From the human T2T-CHM13v2.0 reference genome, Homo sapiens, in NCBI RefSeq assembly GCF_009914755.1, contig NC_060934.1: a stretch of DNA of 64,000 nt; one strand, 5' to 3'. Positions within the stretch are counted from its first letter, which is position 1. Every line of letters begins with the position of its first letter. The position numbers and the translations under genes were made by a program. Shown here piece after piece: positions 1 to 14,259 of the stretch. The notes beneath the pieces are model-generated. The model was not told the origin of the DNA and searched no databases. It was given only the letters and a program-made list of their open reading frames with translations.

Positions 1-888
1 GTTACTAATGTTGGTATCCAAAAGTCCAACAACCAGCGCCCCCTACTTGCCCGGACTAGCAAGATTCATTCTCGGGACCTCTCGGGAACCCCAAAGAAAA
101 CTTTCCGTTTTGTTCATATGGATCCTGGGCAGGCTCTTCACCTTAGGTATCCAGCTCACTGCAGACACCTGCTTCTCCGGTCCCCTCCAGCCCTAGCTCC
201 AGGAGCTTCTCTGGGCTGCTGCTGCTCTCCTTGTACTTACCTCTGGGTCCCGGGAGGATCACATGCCTTTCTCTCAATTCTCCAATCCCAGCTAGGACAG
301 GCAGTCCTTTTAAACTGAAGCCTTAGAAATAACAGACAGAAATTAAAATTACAATGCCGATAAGGCAAACATAAAGCAGGATGTGAGGTAAAAATTCTAT
401 CACCTTTTTAGCCCCATACGGACCTCCTTAGGGACTGTTTTTCTCCTTTGAAATACTCCTTCCTCCCTCCTGTGATGCAGGATCTGCTAACTTGGGAGGA
501 CACCATGTAGAGCACCCTTGATCTTGCCTCTTTTTCCCCATCCTGGCCCTTCTAGGGTATTAAGAGATGGAGCCTTGAGAGTGACTGGGTCATGAGAATG
601 GAGTCCTCCTGAATAGGATTAGCGCCTCGATAAAAGAGGCCTGAGGGAGCTCTTTTGCTTCTTCTGTGACGTTAGGACGTAGCAACAAGGCACCATCCAT
701 GAAGCAGGGAGCTCTCACCAGACACCATATCTGCTGGTGCCCTGATCTTGCATTTTCCAGCCTCCAGAACTACGAGCAATCCATTTCTATTGTTTGTAAG
801 TTACCCAGTCTAAGATGCTTTGTTGTAGCAGCCCTAAAGGACTGGGACACACATTAACCAGTGTCTCCCCAGGCTGACCTGCCTCCCA
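1..888 (-). mobile_element. Probable Gypsy-type 3' LTR (MamGypLTR-like), interrupted by MLT1A and running off the window edge
   Basis: Begins TG immediately after the PPT on minus; contains TTTAAAA followed by a purine-rich tract; family assignment by recollection only. Confidence 0.4.
556..852 (+). mobile_element. MLT1A-type MaLR LTR (partial)
   Basis: ccctgatcttgcattttccagcctccagaac...tttgtaagttacccagtct...gttgtagcagccc MLT1 3' signature. Confidence 0.8.
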
Positions 889-1367
889 CCTCCCCCAAAC
901 AGAGGTCCCATTCAGCCTGGACTGGAGGGGTCTGATTGGTATCCTGGAGCATACGAAGGTTGCGGAGCTTGCAGCTTGCTTTCGCCATTTGGCTGCAGCT
1001 CTCCAGAGTTCATGCTAGGTGGCATCCTCTCTCCATGGAGGAGACTAGGACAGCTGCTTGGAGTGAGTGCTCCAACTGTATCTAACTGCTCCTGCACAAG
1101 CTCATTTCTATAGCACATCAACTCACAGCTTTGCTCTAAGATGCCACTACAGGAGGACTTGAGCTGCTCCAAACCAACTGGGCAAATTAGATATTATATT
1201 CTATTTTATGTAATTGTAAAAAAAGATCATTCTGTGCAATGCATTACATTTAGCATATAACTGGCTAGCTGAGATTTCAATGAAGGAGAAAATATATCCT
1301 CCTTTTATCGGGGCCATGAAATATACACATGCATATAATGGCCTATCTTAGGTCAGTAAATGCTTTA

Positions 1368-1747
<380 letters not shown>

Positions 1748-2052
1748 CTATCGCAGCAGGAAGGTTGAAACCCTGTGAGCCCACTTCACCTATGAGTCAT
1801 CTGGTTATAAGGGCTCCTAATGTTGCATTTAATTCAGCCTGCCTCCTCCTCCTCTTAAGAAGGAGTTCTACCATTGATAAGATCGTATCTATATGTCCAA
1901 TATAGGCTACCATGCAAAACAATTGACTAGCTTTAGGCATGTCATCACCTGATAGATGCTGGTCATAAAGAGACCACAAGTGATGGTCTGGATTCTTTCC
2001 TTACCTATATTAACAGGAAATCATTGGCTTTTAAGTAAATTACTGGAAAAGG

Positions 2053-2346
2053 GGCCGGGCACAGTGGCTCATGCCTGTAATCCCAGCACTTTGGGAGGCC
2101 GAGGTGTGCGGATCACCTGAGGTCGGGAGTTCAATACTAGCCTGTCCAACATGGTGAAATCCCATCTCTACTAAAAATACAAAAAATTAGCTGGGCGTGG
2201 TGGCAGGCGCCTGTAATCCCAGCTACTCAGGAGGCTGAGGCAGGAGAATCACTTGAACCTGGGAGACAGTGAACCAAGATGGCGCCATTGCACTTTAGTC
2301 TGGGCAACAAGAGCAAAACTCCATCTCAAAAAATATATATAAAAAT
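2053..2346 (+). mobile_element. AluSp-like
   Basis: Dimeric Alu, TSD aaattactgga(a/g)aag. Confidence 0.93.
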
Positions 2347-2869
2347 AAGTAAAAATTACTGGAGAAGAGGTTATTTTTCCTTCACCTACTCTGAAAGTAC
2401 AGAATTAATTTTTATATTTTTACTGTGTAATTTCCTTGCCTATTTGAACATTTTTCCTCCATCTAAATCTATTGATTGTTTCATCACTGAACCAAACAAA
2501 AAAGTGTCCAACTTTCTGTGTGCCATTTTTGGGTTAAACATCTCATGTTTTACTCAGTCTGAAAATGGAATCGAAGTTGGTTTGCCTAGTTTCCTTTAAA
2601 ATTCTGGGACCAGTTTAACTACTGGGTTGATTATAGGAGATGCCAGGTTCGAGGTCAGAGGTACCATCAGAGAGCTGGAAGTTCCAGGGACTGACAGTCT
2701 GCCCTTGACTTTCTGTAACACGTTGACCTCTGACAGGAGACCAATCTCCCCTAATTTTTTCCCTTTTAAAATCTGACCTGGCAGAGATGTGGGAATTTTG
2801 ATAGTTACCTAATATAGCAAAACTTAGCAGCCAGGAGGCCCAGGTGGGGCTGAGTCATGCCATATGGGG

Positions 2870-3150
2870 TATAAGTCAATAAATATGGCCAAATGCTCCC
2901 TGTGTCAGGCATGTACTAGGTTCAATAGAGAAGAGAATCAAAAGATGAAAAAAGACACATTTTAGGCCTTTGAGTAGGGAAAGCAGACACCTAAATAGCC
3001 TCACCATCCACTTAATCAGTTGGCCTTGGGCAGCAGACCTCCTAATTCTCTGAGGCTCAGTTGCCTCTGTATACAATGGAGGCAACAATGTCTTTCGAAA
3101 GTACCTGCCTTGGAGGATTGGATGAGGTTCTGGGTATAGTAATGGGATGG
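2870..3150. mobile_element. L2 3' end and MIR fragments
   Basis: tcaataaatat...tgtgtcaggc (L2 end, minus) and ctctgaggctcagttgcctctgtatacaatgg (MIR core). Confidence 0.55.
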
Positions 3151-3622
3151 GTACTGGAGAAAGGTGCACGGACTGAAAAGCTGTCTCATTAAACTTTGTA
3201 ACACATCTACTGTGGGAACCCTCCTGACTGAACATGGCACCAGGGAAGGAGGACTTTCCTTTTCATTAAAGAAGACTGTGTTAAATTGCTGTAGTGATGG
3301 GAGTTTGGCAACCACATGTGGCTGAGACAATCAGCAGGTGTGTGCATTTCAGCAAGAATCTTCTTTTCTGAACTTGCAGTTGAGAATTGATGCAAGACAA
3401 ATGATCCCACAAAATCTTGTGACCAAGCTAGGTGGTTAGATGTGTATAGGTAATAATCACCTGGCAAAACCAATCGATTCATTAAGATTGGCCAGTTCAT
3501 CTGGAAACCAAAGGCTACAAAGACACCACGTGTTGCTTGGAGATTGGTTTTCTCAAGCATGACACTTCTACTACTCCTCACATTTCACAAATATTATTGG
3601 TTAGGATGAATTAAAGTTTTCA

Positions 3623-4303
<681 letters not shown>

Positions 4304-4887
4304 CATAGTAAAACTTTTAATGTCCAATTGATAACCACTGAGGTCCATTGATGAAGGGAATTCAGAGGGGAGGAAATGTTAACTGGAAACCTCAAGCCTC
4401 CAGATTTGCTTTCAGCTCACATTTCTCCTCTTTTGGTGCCTGAAATCACTTCTTCCCGTTTGCAAAGTCCTTTGTGTGTGTCTCCACAATGGCCCTTATT
4501 CCATTGTATGGAGGTTGTTTGCATCCGGTGTGTTTTCCTTCCCAGTGGCGAGCTCCCTGGGAAATTGCCTTGAACTCCCTGCAGGGCTGGACACAGAAAG
4601 GTAAACTCTGAAGGAGAAGAGGATAAATGAGAGAATGGAAGCTCTATCTGCAGCTGCTTCCTGAGGATTAAAAAGCTTTGAGTCAAGGAAAGGAATGGAA
4701 ACTCCAGTTCCTGGACTATTCAGAAAGCCAATTTGATTATTCAGGCAAAAGGAATCTATATTTTAGAAGGCCGATAGGTTTGTGGCTTTCCAGCATAGTA
4801 GACTTCTATTTACAAGAACTCTGACCCAGCAGCTTTATTCATGGCAGATACAGGTGCTGAGAGAAGAATTTGAAGGTTCCCTGTTTC

Positions 4888-5135
4888 TTTTGCTTTTTTA
4901 TTTTTTAGAGACAGTCTTACTCTGTTACCCAAGCTGGAGTGCAGTGGGGCGATCATAGCTCAGTGCCACCATACCTGGCTAATTTTTAGGTTTATTTCGT
5001 AGAGACAGGGTCTCGCTATGTTGCCTAGGTTGGTCTCGAACTCCTGGGCTCAAGCGATCTCCACCCCCCCATCCCCTGCACCCTTGCTTTAGCCTCTAAA
5101 AGTGCTGGGATTGTAGGCATGAGCCACTGCATCTG
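4888..5135 (-). mobile_element. AluJ with internal deletion
   Basis: Reverse Alu lacking part of the right arm. Confidence 0.8.
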
Positions 5136-5555
5136 ACTTCTTTTGCATTTTTGGCTCAGCTGCTCCTGAGTGGAGTCTGAAGCTGGCTGTCTTTGACATA
5201 TTCCCATCCCTCCATCCTCACCCCCACTCCTCCATTTGGATTTCCCTTCTTGCTCTCAGCTGGCTGTCAATGATTCCCTACTTAGCTATTTATATTTAAT
5301 AGCCTACTCTTCCTTGAATCAAACCCATTTTTCAAGAAGACCACGAGTTGTTAGTGCAGTTAATTGAAAGGAATAAAGCCATAATGGTGGAATTATAGAT
5401 GAAAATGGAAAACCCCTTGAAATCTTAATGATTTAGTCAACTGGGTGCTTTGCCTTCTTATAATACAAGTTCATCCCGGCAGCCACACAGAACAGTTACC
5501 ACCAAGCTGTGCTGGCTAGCTTGCGCAAGCCAGAAATTAAGTGCACCAACTCTGA

Positions 5556-6052
<497 letters not shown>

Positions 6053-6374
6053 TGAGTAAATGCTAGCCATTATTGTTCCATTCTTGCATTGGAGTGTCTG
6101 AATTTCCTCATAGAGGCACAAAAACCTGATGTACAACCATGTATTTGTGTAGGCAGGATGCAACAGCTTGTAGTGGACAAAAAAATAGTCTAACACTAAC
6201 TTGCTGAGTGACCATGCCAACTCACTTACTTTGGGTCTGTTTCACATCTGTAAAATGAGAGGGAGAGGCAGGGGTTCCCAGGATGGAAAACTTAAATGTC
6301 TATACAGGCCAGATAAATAAAATCACTAGTGACTTGGGCTGGGTATAAGACAATAGGGAGTTACGGTAAACTAG

Positions 6375-6535
6375 AGAGCTTTTCAACTCTGAGTGTGGTC
6401 TACTGACCACGAGGATCGACAGAGCCCTGGAGTTTGTTAGAAAGAGCAACATCTCAGAAACCACCCCAGATCTATCCAAATGCAATCTGCATTTTAACAA
6501 GATCCCCCGTGATTTGTATGCTCATGAAACTTTGA
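6375..6535. mobile_element. MER5-type hAT-Charlie MITE
   Basis: aatctgcattttaacaagatcccccgtgatttgtatgctcatgaaactttgag signature. Confidence 0.75.
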
Positions 6536-7167
<632 letters not shown>

Positions 7168-7419
7168 CAAGAAAATTGTTAAGGTGCATAAGCCATCTAA
7201 AGGCATTCAAAAATTTTCTTTCTTTTTTTTTTTATGTTAGCCGAATAAACAAACTTCGGGCTTCATCAGGCCCTATGCTGCCAGCAAGTGACCAGCGTGG
7301 TTGGTGGAGGGCTCTAGGAGCTGCCAGCTTTAGGGGTCTCGCTGTCTGAGAGAGATCCTTTCATTAAAGGTTAGGGCTCTAGGCACGTGAATATGTAGCA
7401 AAGACCAAGCCTGGATTGC

Positions 7420-7620
7420 TTAGAACAGTAATTCCTGGAGTGGTAAGTGCCTGAAAAGTTACCCGCTGAGCCCTCCGCCTTCTGACAGGTAAACTGTTGT
7501 TGCCCCCATTTTGCAGACAAGATAAATGAGGCCCTGGGAGACTCACTGACCCAAGTCTAGACACCAGGAAGTGGTGGTGGTGGGTATACTCCCCCAGGAA
7601 AGCAGGTAATCTTGGGTTGT
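7420..7620 (-). mobile_element. MIR
   Basis: cccattttgcagacaagataaatgaggccc core. Confidence 0.55.
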
Positions 7621-8989
7621 TACAATCAGTGACCAGACCAGTTTCCAAGGCCTGGAAGGTTTATTGATTTCTTTATATTCTCCAATGCATAATAACTGTT
7701 CTCTGTTTCTCTCGGCACCTCCCTGCGACTTCCTGGCAGCCCTGGGGACAGAGGGTTTCCTCCTTCTGGACAGAGAAGGCCCAGAGTCGGCTTCTGAACG
7801 GATATCCGGCCCGCAGGATGCAGAGGAGGCAAAGGCCTCATTGTTCTTTGGGGCCTGCCTGCCCCGCCCCCAGCTGTAGGACACTCGTGGCAGATCCCGG
7901 GTGGCCGAAGACAGCCCATTTCCAGGAGTGGGGCCTTCGGAGCGGAGGGAGCAAGGAAACGGGGCTGAGCACAGACCTGGAGTCTGATGTTCTGAGCATA
8001 ACACTGGAAGGAGCTAAGAGCCCCAAAATAAATAAGACCGGAATTTAAAAACGTTAATCCCACGCCGGCTTGGCGCTGGCCTGGCTGTTACTCATTAACG
8101 CTCCCCACGGCGGAGACTCCGGCGACTCCGTCTGCGTTTTTATTACTTAATCTGGCTGGGTTTGGCTGCAGGGAGGCTCGTGGATTTGCTGGCCGGGTGT
8201 GCTGGAAGGCAGTTTATTCACAGAATAAGCAGCTTCCCACGCTGGACCCCGAGCCCCAGGCGCCGTCCGCGTAGACCCCGCGCCGCGCACCGCGGCCGGC
8301 GGGGGGCGCTCGGGTCGCACCGAGAGCAGCGCGGGCAGCCAGCGCCGGGTCGCAGCCGACCCGCAGAGCCCTTCGCGCCCTCCGAGGAAACAAAGTGCAT
8401 CTTTGTCCGCGGCCCGAGGCGCCGCGTGGGAGACGCTGGGCAGGGGCCAGGCCGGGCCGGCCGCCGCCGCGTGCGGGGACCCTGGGCGCGCGTCACTGAC
8501 CCGGGACTCAGACCCTCGCGGGCCTGGCGCGGACCGGAGGAAGCGGGCTGCGGCGCGCGGCCGAGCTGGCAGCCCTCCCACTCCGAGCACGGCTCGGGAC
8601 CCGCACTGGCTCCTGCCGGGCCGCGGCGCTTCACGCGCCGTCACCGGGGCCCGTGCACTCCGCTTTCCGGGCTGGCGACGGGGCGGGAAGGGGGCAAGCG
8701 GGAGCCTGCGGGGGGGTGCTGGGGACTTCGGCTTGGCTGGGCCGCCTTTGAGTCGCCTGTCGGCCGGGCGGTGCCCGCCTTCGCTTTCGGTGCCGTCCCG
8801 GGGCGGGTCCTCGCTCCGACAGCCGCGCGCCAGCCCAGCTCAGCCCCGGCGCCGCGCGGCCGGGAGGACTCCAGCTCCCAGCAGGCCCCGCGCCGCGAGC
8901 ACCGAGGCAGGAGGCGCGCCTGGGCCGGCGCTTGCGCAGTGCGGCCTCCCGAGCCTGCTAGTACCACACCCCCGGGAGGGACTGAGGGG

Positions 8990-9334
8990 AGGCAGAAGCA
9001 TCCGAGGCATTAAAGCATCCGAGGGAGCCGGAGGGGAGGAGAATGGAGTGACAGAGACACGCGGAGGGTGGGGGGTGGGGGGGAGCGTGTTGAGGGAGGG
9101 GGGAGGGGGGACACAGAGGGAGGAAGAAGCGGCGGCGGCGGCGGCGGCGGCTCCTCTTTGCAGAGGGGGAAACTCTTGGGCTGAGAGCAGGAATAATGCG
9201 GTAGGCAAGGCGGGCTGCTGGCTCCCCCGGCTCCGGCAGCAGCGGCGGCAGCCCGAGCAGCGGCAGCAGCAGCGGCAGCACCCCAGGCGCTGACAGCCCC
9301 GCCGGCCGGCTCCGTTGCTGACCGCCGACTGTCA
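8990..9334 (+). other. GRK5: GRK5 5'UTR part of exon 1 (5' boundary approximate)
   Basis: GC-rich segment contiguous with the ATG, with (GCG)7 and CAG/CGG tracts; the TSS cannot be fixed from sequence alone. Confidence 0.6.
9129..9151 (+). repeat. (GCG)7 trinucleotide repeat in 5'UTR
   Basis: gcggcggcggcggcggcggcggc read directly. Confidence 0.95.
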
Positions 9335-9386
9335 ATGGAGCTGGAAAACATCGTGGCCAACACGGTCTTGCTGAAAGCCAGGGAAG
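9335..9386 (+). CDS. GRK5: GRK5 coding exon 1 (MELENIVANTVLLKARE + first base of Gly18), the N-terminal receptor-docking helix
   Basis: ATG at 9335; translation matches the GRK4-subfamily N-terminus. Codons ATGGAGCTGGAAAACATCGTGGCCAACACGGTCTTGCTGAAAGCCAGGGAAG and the upstream ...ccgactgtca match GRK5 as recalled. Phase-1 donor GAAG|GTAAGA at 9387. Confidence 0.95.
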
Positions 9387-10886
9387 GTAAGAGGCAGGGC
9401 CGGTACGTGCCCGGCGCGTCCGCCGCGGGCCAGGGTGCGGGTGTCGGGTGGCGTGCGGGCTGGGGCTGCGCCCGTGCAGGATGCCCGCTGCCGGCGAGTG
9501 GGTCGCGAGCAGGACACTTCGGAGAGCGGCTCTGCAGACCCTTCAGGGTTCCTGCCTTGGGGCTCAGAGAATCTGGACTTGGGCTGAGAAGGTTGCAGGG
9601 ATTTGGATGCTAACATATCTCCTAGTTTCCAGCGCTCGCCCTGCAGAGCGTGCCATCTCGGCAGCTGTTGAAAGGTCAGTTGGAAAAGCATTCATTCGGG
9701 GAGCGACGAGCAAACATGCACATAAAATAGCGTTTCAAGTCGGCCCGGGATGGTTCTGTGTGAACTGGTGTGTGTGTTCGAGGGGCGGGGGTGGAATGAG
9801 CAGAAGCCAAGTCTTTGCCTGCGCAGGCTGAGTTGATATAGACTATTGCTGGAAACCATCCGCTGGGATGTTTCTTAGGGAAATCCCGTCGTGTGGAAGG
9901 AAGCCTTTTAAAGGCAAAGTCAGATGTTGAGGAATTAGCCTTTTCATAGAATTATCAAAGGATGGCTGTACAGACCACCTAGAAAATAATTCAGTATTTC
10001 AGGTTTTTCTTTTCTGGGAGTGTGATAACTGAAATTGTTAGATTTTGGCTCAGTTAAGAAAAGAAAGGTAAGTGTGCTGGTGCTTTAGATACGTTTTCTA
10101 TGCAAATCATTAGATTTCCTGCATTTAGCTGGCAGGAAATATTGTCTAAATGGAGTGTGTAAGATCCTGAGTCAAACCCTAAGAACGCATATTTTGACTC
10201 TTCCTTTTGATGAAAAACAGAAAAAAGGGGGGGGAGGCAGAAACTTGGGTGCTTCCTGAAATGATTGTGTTGTGTCCATGTAAACATATGTATTTAGGAA
10301 TACCTGGAATTTATGTCGCATATTTTCCTTTTTTTTTTCTGGTCAAGATTTGAGCTCTAGTGTGCGACCTTTTTCATAAAAGGGGAAGAGGTTTTTCCCT
10401 TTCACGGGAGAACGCTTTATTTGATACAAGGTAGAAGGCAGACTGAGTAAGGGCTTGAGTTTAGAAGGATACTCGGTGAGCAGCCCATGAAAATGTCTTA
10501 CCTGCTTAATATTTTCATTCACCTACTTTGATGAATGAAGGGAAGAATTTCTGGCCAGCAATAAAACGATTCGTGTTTATTCAGCCCGTTCCATCACCTT
10601 GTGGCTCCCTACACACTGTGGGGGTAGGTGATGCATAGCCTTCCGTGGGCAGCGTTTCAGCAACTCAACCCGGCATTCGTGTCTTACTTTCGTCGTCACT
10701 TGTCACTCTAAAGCAGCCAGTGGGCAAGAAGGTTTATTTCAGAAGCCCCGAAGGGAGGCAGTGCTTTGAAAACCCCAGCAGAGTTTAAAATATTCAGGTT
10801 AGTCTCCCTCCCATTGCTTAGCTTTGGTGGGAATAAATTTTTAGGAGAGGCTTGTTACTTGGTGACTTCAGGTTCTAAGGCCTGAG

Positions 10887-10919
10887 CTGTGTGTGTGTGT
10901 GTGGTTTTTTTTTTTTTTT
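10887..10919 (+). repeat. (TG)n microsatellite fused to poly-T
   Basis: Read directly. Confidence 0.9.
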
Positions 10920-13900
10920 CCTAACCTGACATTTTTAGTGGACAGGATCTAGGTGGGTGCTGGTAGGCTCTCCTCTGGGTTGGGGAATGGTCCTGAAAGG
11001 GAGGAAGCAGAGAAAACAGCCCTCCACCTCCCCCGCCCCTCTTTCAGCCTTTGCAGCTGGCCACCTAGTGGTGGGACACGGTTGTGTATCTCAGGATTCG
11101 GGGGCTGGGAAAGTTTTCACTCTCGCTCCATTCTGAAATTATTTCTTGGGAAATCACTGGGTCTGATGGTACTGGAGCCTTGCAAGTTTCGCTGGTTCCT
11201 CCTGTTGCCCAGGGAATCTGCCCCCGACATTTGCTGCTGTAGATATTTGTTTGCCTGATAGATGCTTTTTTTCTTCCCTGAGCATTTGGTTGCTTCTTTT
11301 ATAATGCTTTGCTTAGAGTGGGCAAAGTGATATCAATTCCACCCGCCCCCTCCAAATTGTTCTCCCCAGTATTTTTTCACCAACGTGAATTTACTGTCTG
11401 ATATTGTTGTTCGTTAGGCCAACAAATTGGGTTTTTTTCCCAGAGCCTTGGAGAAGAGAGCTGCAGGCTGGAAGCTTGTGTGGAGTGACCGACTCCCATT
11501 GGGGCAGAATTACAGTGATTGAAAGTGCTCAAGAATGTGCCTTTCACTTTTTTTTTTCCTTTTAAAGGCTTTTTCAATTTTGCTGTGAGAGTTTGGTCGT
11601 CATCTCATGGTGAGAAAATAGCTCTTGATGATGCCTTGGAAATGGAGAGGGCCTGCGGAAGCAGGGAGAGACTGACACGTGAACAAGAAAAATTAATCAT
11701 TTAATGGAAACCTCATTTACAATTTGCATCTCTCCCCTTCTTTCTCTCTTATGCCTAGAGGAAAGCCATGATTTTAAGTGCTTCCAGTTTCTTTTGGCTG
11801 GGCCTTTATTAGAGACTTGAGCCCATATATCCTAATTAGTGTGGACACTTTTAGAAATTAAAGCAATTTATGTTTCTCTTCTCAGTTCTCATATATTTGA
11901 ATTTATTTTACTAAACTTAGTAGTTCTCCAAATAACCATATTATCTAAATATTCAGAAATGAAATCTTCAGTCAGTTTAGTGAAATATCTAATATAAAAC
12001 AGTATATTAAAAAAATCTGAGTTGTTTAAAAGGTTTAAAAACACTTCTTAAAGATTCTTGTCAGTGGTTACAGATGAGAAATATAATTGGCAAATGTGAA
12101 ATTTAATTTAGTTCACTTAACAAAATACACCGTAAGCAATTTAAAATTTGGCTTTCAAGTAAAAGTCACATTTGTCCCAAACAATAGAGAAACAGACCTT
12201 GAAGAAAGACAGGCACACTTTGAAAATGCTGTAAAATAATTTGTAGTTGTCCATGTTGGTGGGTAACACTGGGGCCTATCTTTTCTTTTTGTTTTGCATT
12301 AAAGACAGATGGCTCCTAAATTCACTGTATCTTCAAAGTCTTACCGTAATAAGACATAATATAAAGTGGAAAGCATTAATGTAGCAATAAAATAGAAAGC
12401 CTGTAAGTGGATTAGAGTAAAATGATGGATTGTTAATAATTAGAAAATATAGCAAGCAAGCTTCATGAACACGTGATAATTATTTTAAAATAAGAAAAGG
12501 TAGAGGTATGGGTTCAAGATTTTGAACCACGGAAATGTATTTTGGGGCCTGTTTATTTGTCCTGGGTCTCATGAGAAAACATCAACTCGATCACTCTTAG
12601 GAACTTTAGATTGCTCTCCTAAAAAGTGCTTAAGGAAAAAAAGAAAGAAGTTGAGACTGAATTCATGGCAATTTATGGGAATGAGCTAAGTGATTAAGCA
12701 TTTCATGAAAAAGAGGCCCAGACTAACTCTATCTATTTATTTACATTTCAGAATCTCAGAAAATTGGCAGGCGACCTAATGTTGAAATAATAATGAGAAG
12801 GAGAGTTTGCTGAGTGCCTTTTGTGTGTTTCTTTTTGGTTTTATTGTTGCAGTAAAGGTTTTTTTGTTTTTCTCATCTTCTAGATCTGTTGCCTTTCTTC
12901 TGAGTGAACAGTGGTGAGAAAAAATTTTGCAAGGCCCCGCTTTTCCTTTCTTCACAGGCCAGCAGTAGCCATATCTGATCAAAAAAGATACCTGAAGGAA
13001 TATTGATCACATTTTCCTGAGGCCCTAGCAAGCACAGGAATTGAGAAGTTAGGACTGGAACAACTTTGTCATTTGTCACAATTGCCAAACATTAGAATAC
13101 ACAGGAACCGTTTTTTCAGGTAACTCTGTGACTTGGCTGGATCTTCCTGATCATCAAGATTAGCACCTCGGGGCCTGGAAGAGGTTAGGGAGGGCAGGAA
13201 GAAGGAGTGAGCCAGCATCCAGCTCTGCGTGGGGCAGGCTATGGCGTGGACAGACTTAACATTCCACAGCACGGCTGAAAGCCCTGGACCTCTTTCCCTT
13301 GCACCCCTAATTCATGGTGATAAAACCAAAACATGGTGAATTAGGTTATTAGAAGGTTGGAACATCTCTGAAGCTCAAAGCCCTCTTATGGCTATGTGAA
13401 GGCATACGTGGAGGCATACGTACTCCACCCTGAAGCTTCTCCTTCAATTTTAATGTTAATCTTACCAAGCGACAGCTTTCATCCTGGTTAAGGCAGCTCG
13501 GTGTGTGTAAAAGCAGCCTGGCCTGTTAAACACAATGCCGTTAAATCAAACTGCCTTTCTTTTTTTTTTTTTAAAGTTTCCTTTTCAGTACTGACAACTT
13601 GGAGGTAGAGAAACCAAAAGCAATGTTTTCAGAAGGCCTTTTGCTTTCTTAAAGATTTCAAACGATGATTGTAGTTAATCTGGCTGCCTGTTTGAAAAAC
13701 CATCAGATAAATGCCCACAAGGCTCTCATCTTTCAGTAGCTTAGCTGCTGCTTGTCAGATTCTAAACTCCAAAGTGCTTGACTCTTCCAGTGCCCAAACT
13801 AATCCTTGTTTAAATTATGTCTTCAGAAGCTATAACTCTTATAGTGGCTTGCTAAATGATACCCTTTGGATCTGGGCTGAAGACTTCCAGAATGCCCAAG

Positions 13901-14259
13901 TGAATTTCAGGAGCGGGCTCAATGTTTAACCAAATTCACCTTTACCAAGGGCTATTCAATCCATATCTGGGATGTTTTAAATAAAACTATCCAGGACTGT
14001 GGGCAATATTCAAAGTTAATATTTGTTGCCAATATGTTTGGAGTGCAAGATAAAGCATTATAATGTCTAGACATTTTTGAAATAAAAAAGTCTTCTGGTT
14101 ACCAAAAGGCATTATTGTCATAGGTCATGCAACTCAGAGGTGAAACTTGAGAAAACAGAAAGTGACTACCAACAGGTGACACATTGAGAAGATAATTAGG
14201 AATTTCCTCAATCATACAGCCCTCAGCACCCATTTCTCACATCAAAATAGAATGGTGGA

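Larger units (their letters stand above)
8060..9560. promoter_or_regulatory. CpG island / TATA-less GRK5 promoter
   Basis: Very high GC and CpG density, GGGCGG boxes (~8681, ~8801), no Alu sequence, spans exon 1. Confidence 0.92.

Noticed and set aside
8147-9363. Long ORFs of 108-296 aa on both strands over the CpG island
   Set aside because: Stop-codon scarcity in very GC-rich DNA; mostly non-ATG starts, low-complexity R/G/A/P content, no recognisable domain; 8403..9293 is out of frame with GRK5
9335-9386. Assignment to GRK6 or GRK4
   Set aside because: GRK4 differs in peptide (NSLLLKARQ). GRK6 shares the peptide but, as recalled, uses different codons and lacks such a long first intron
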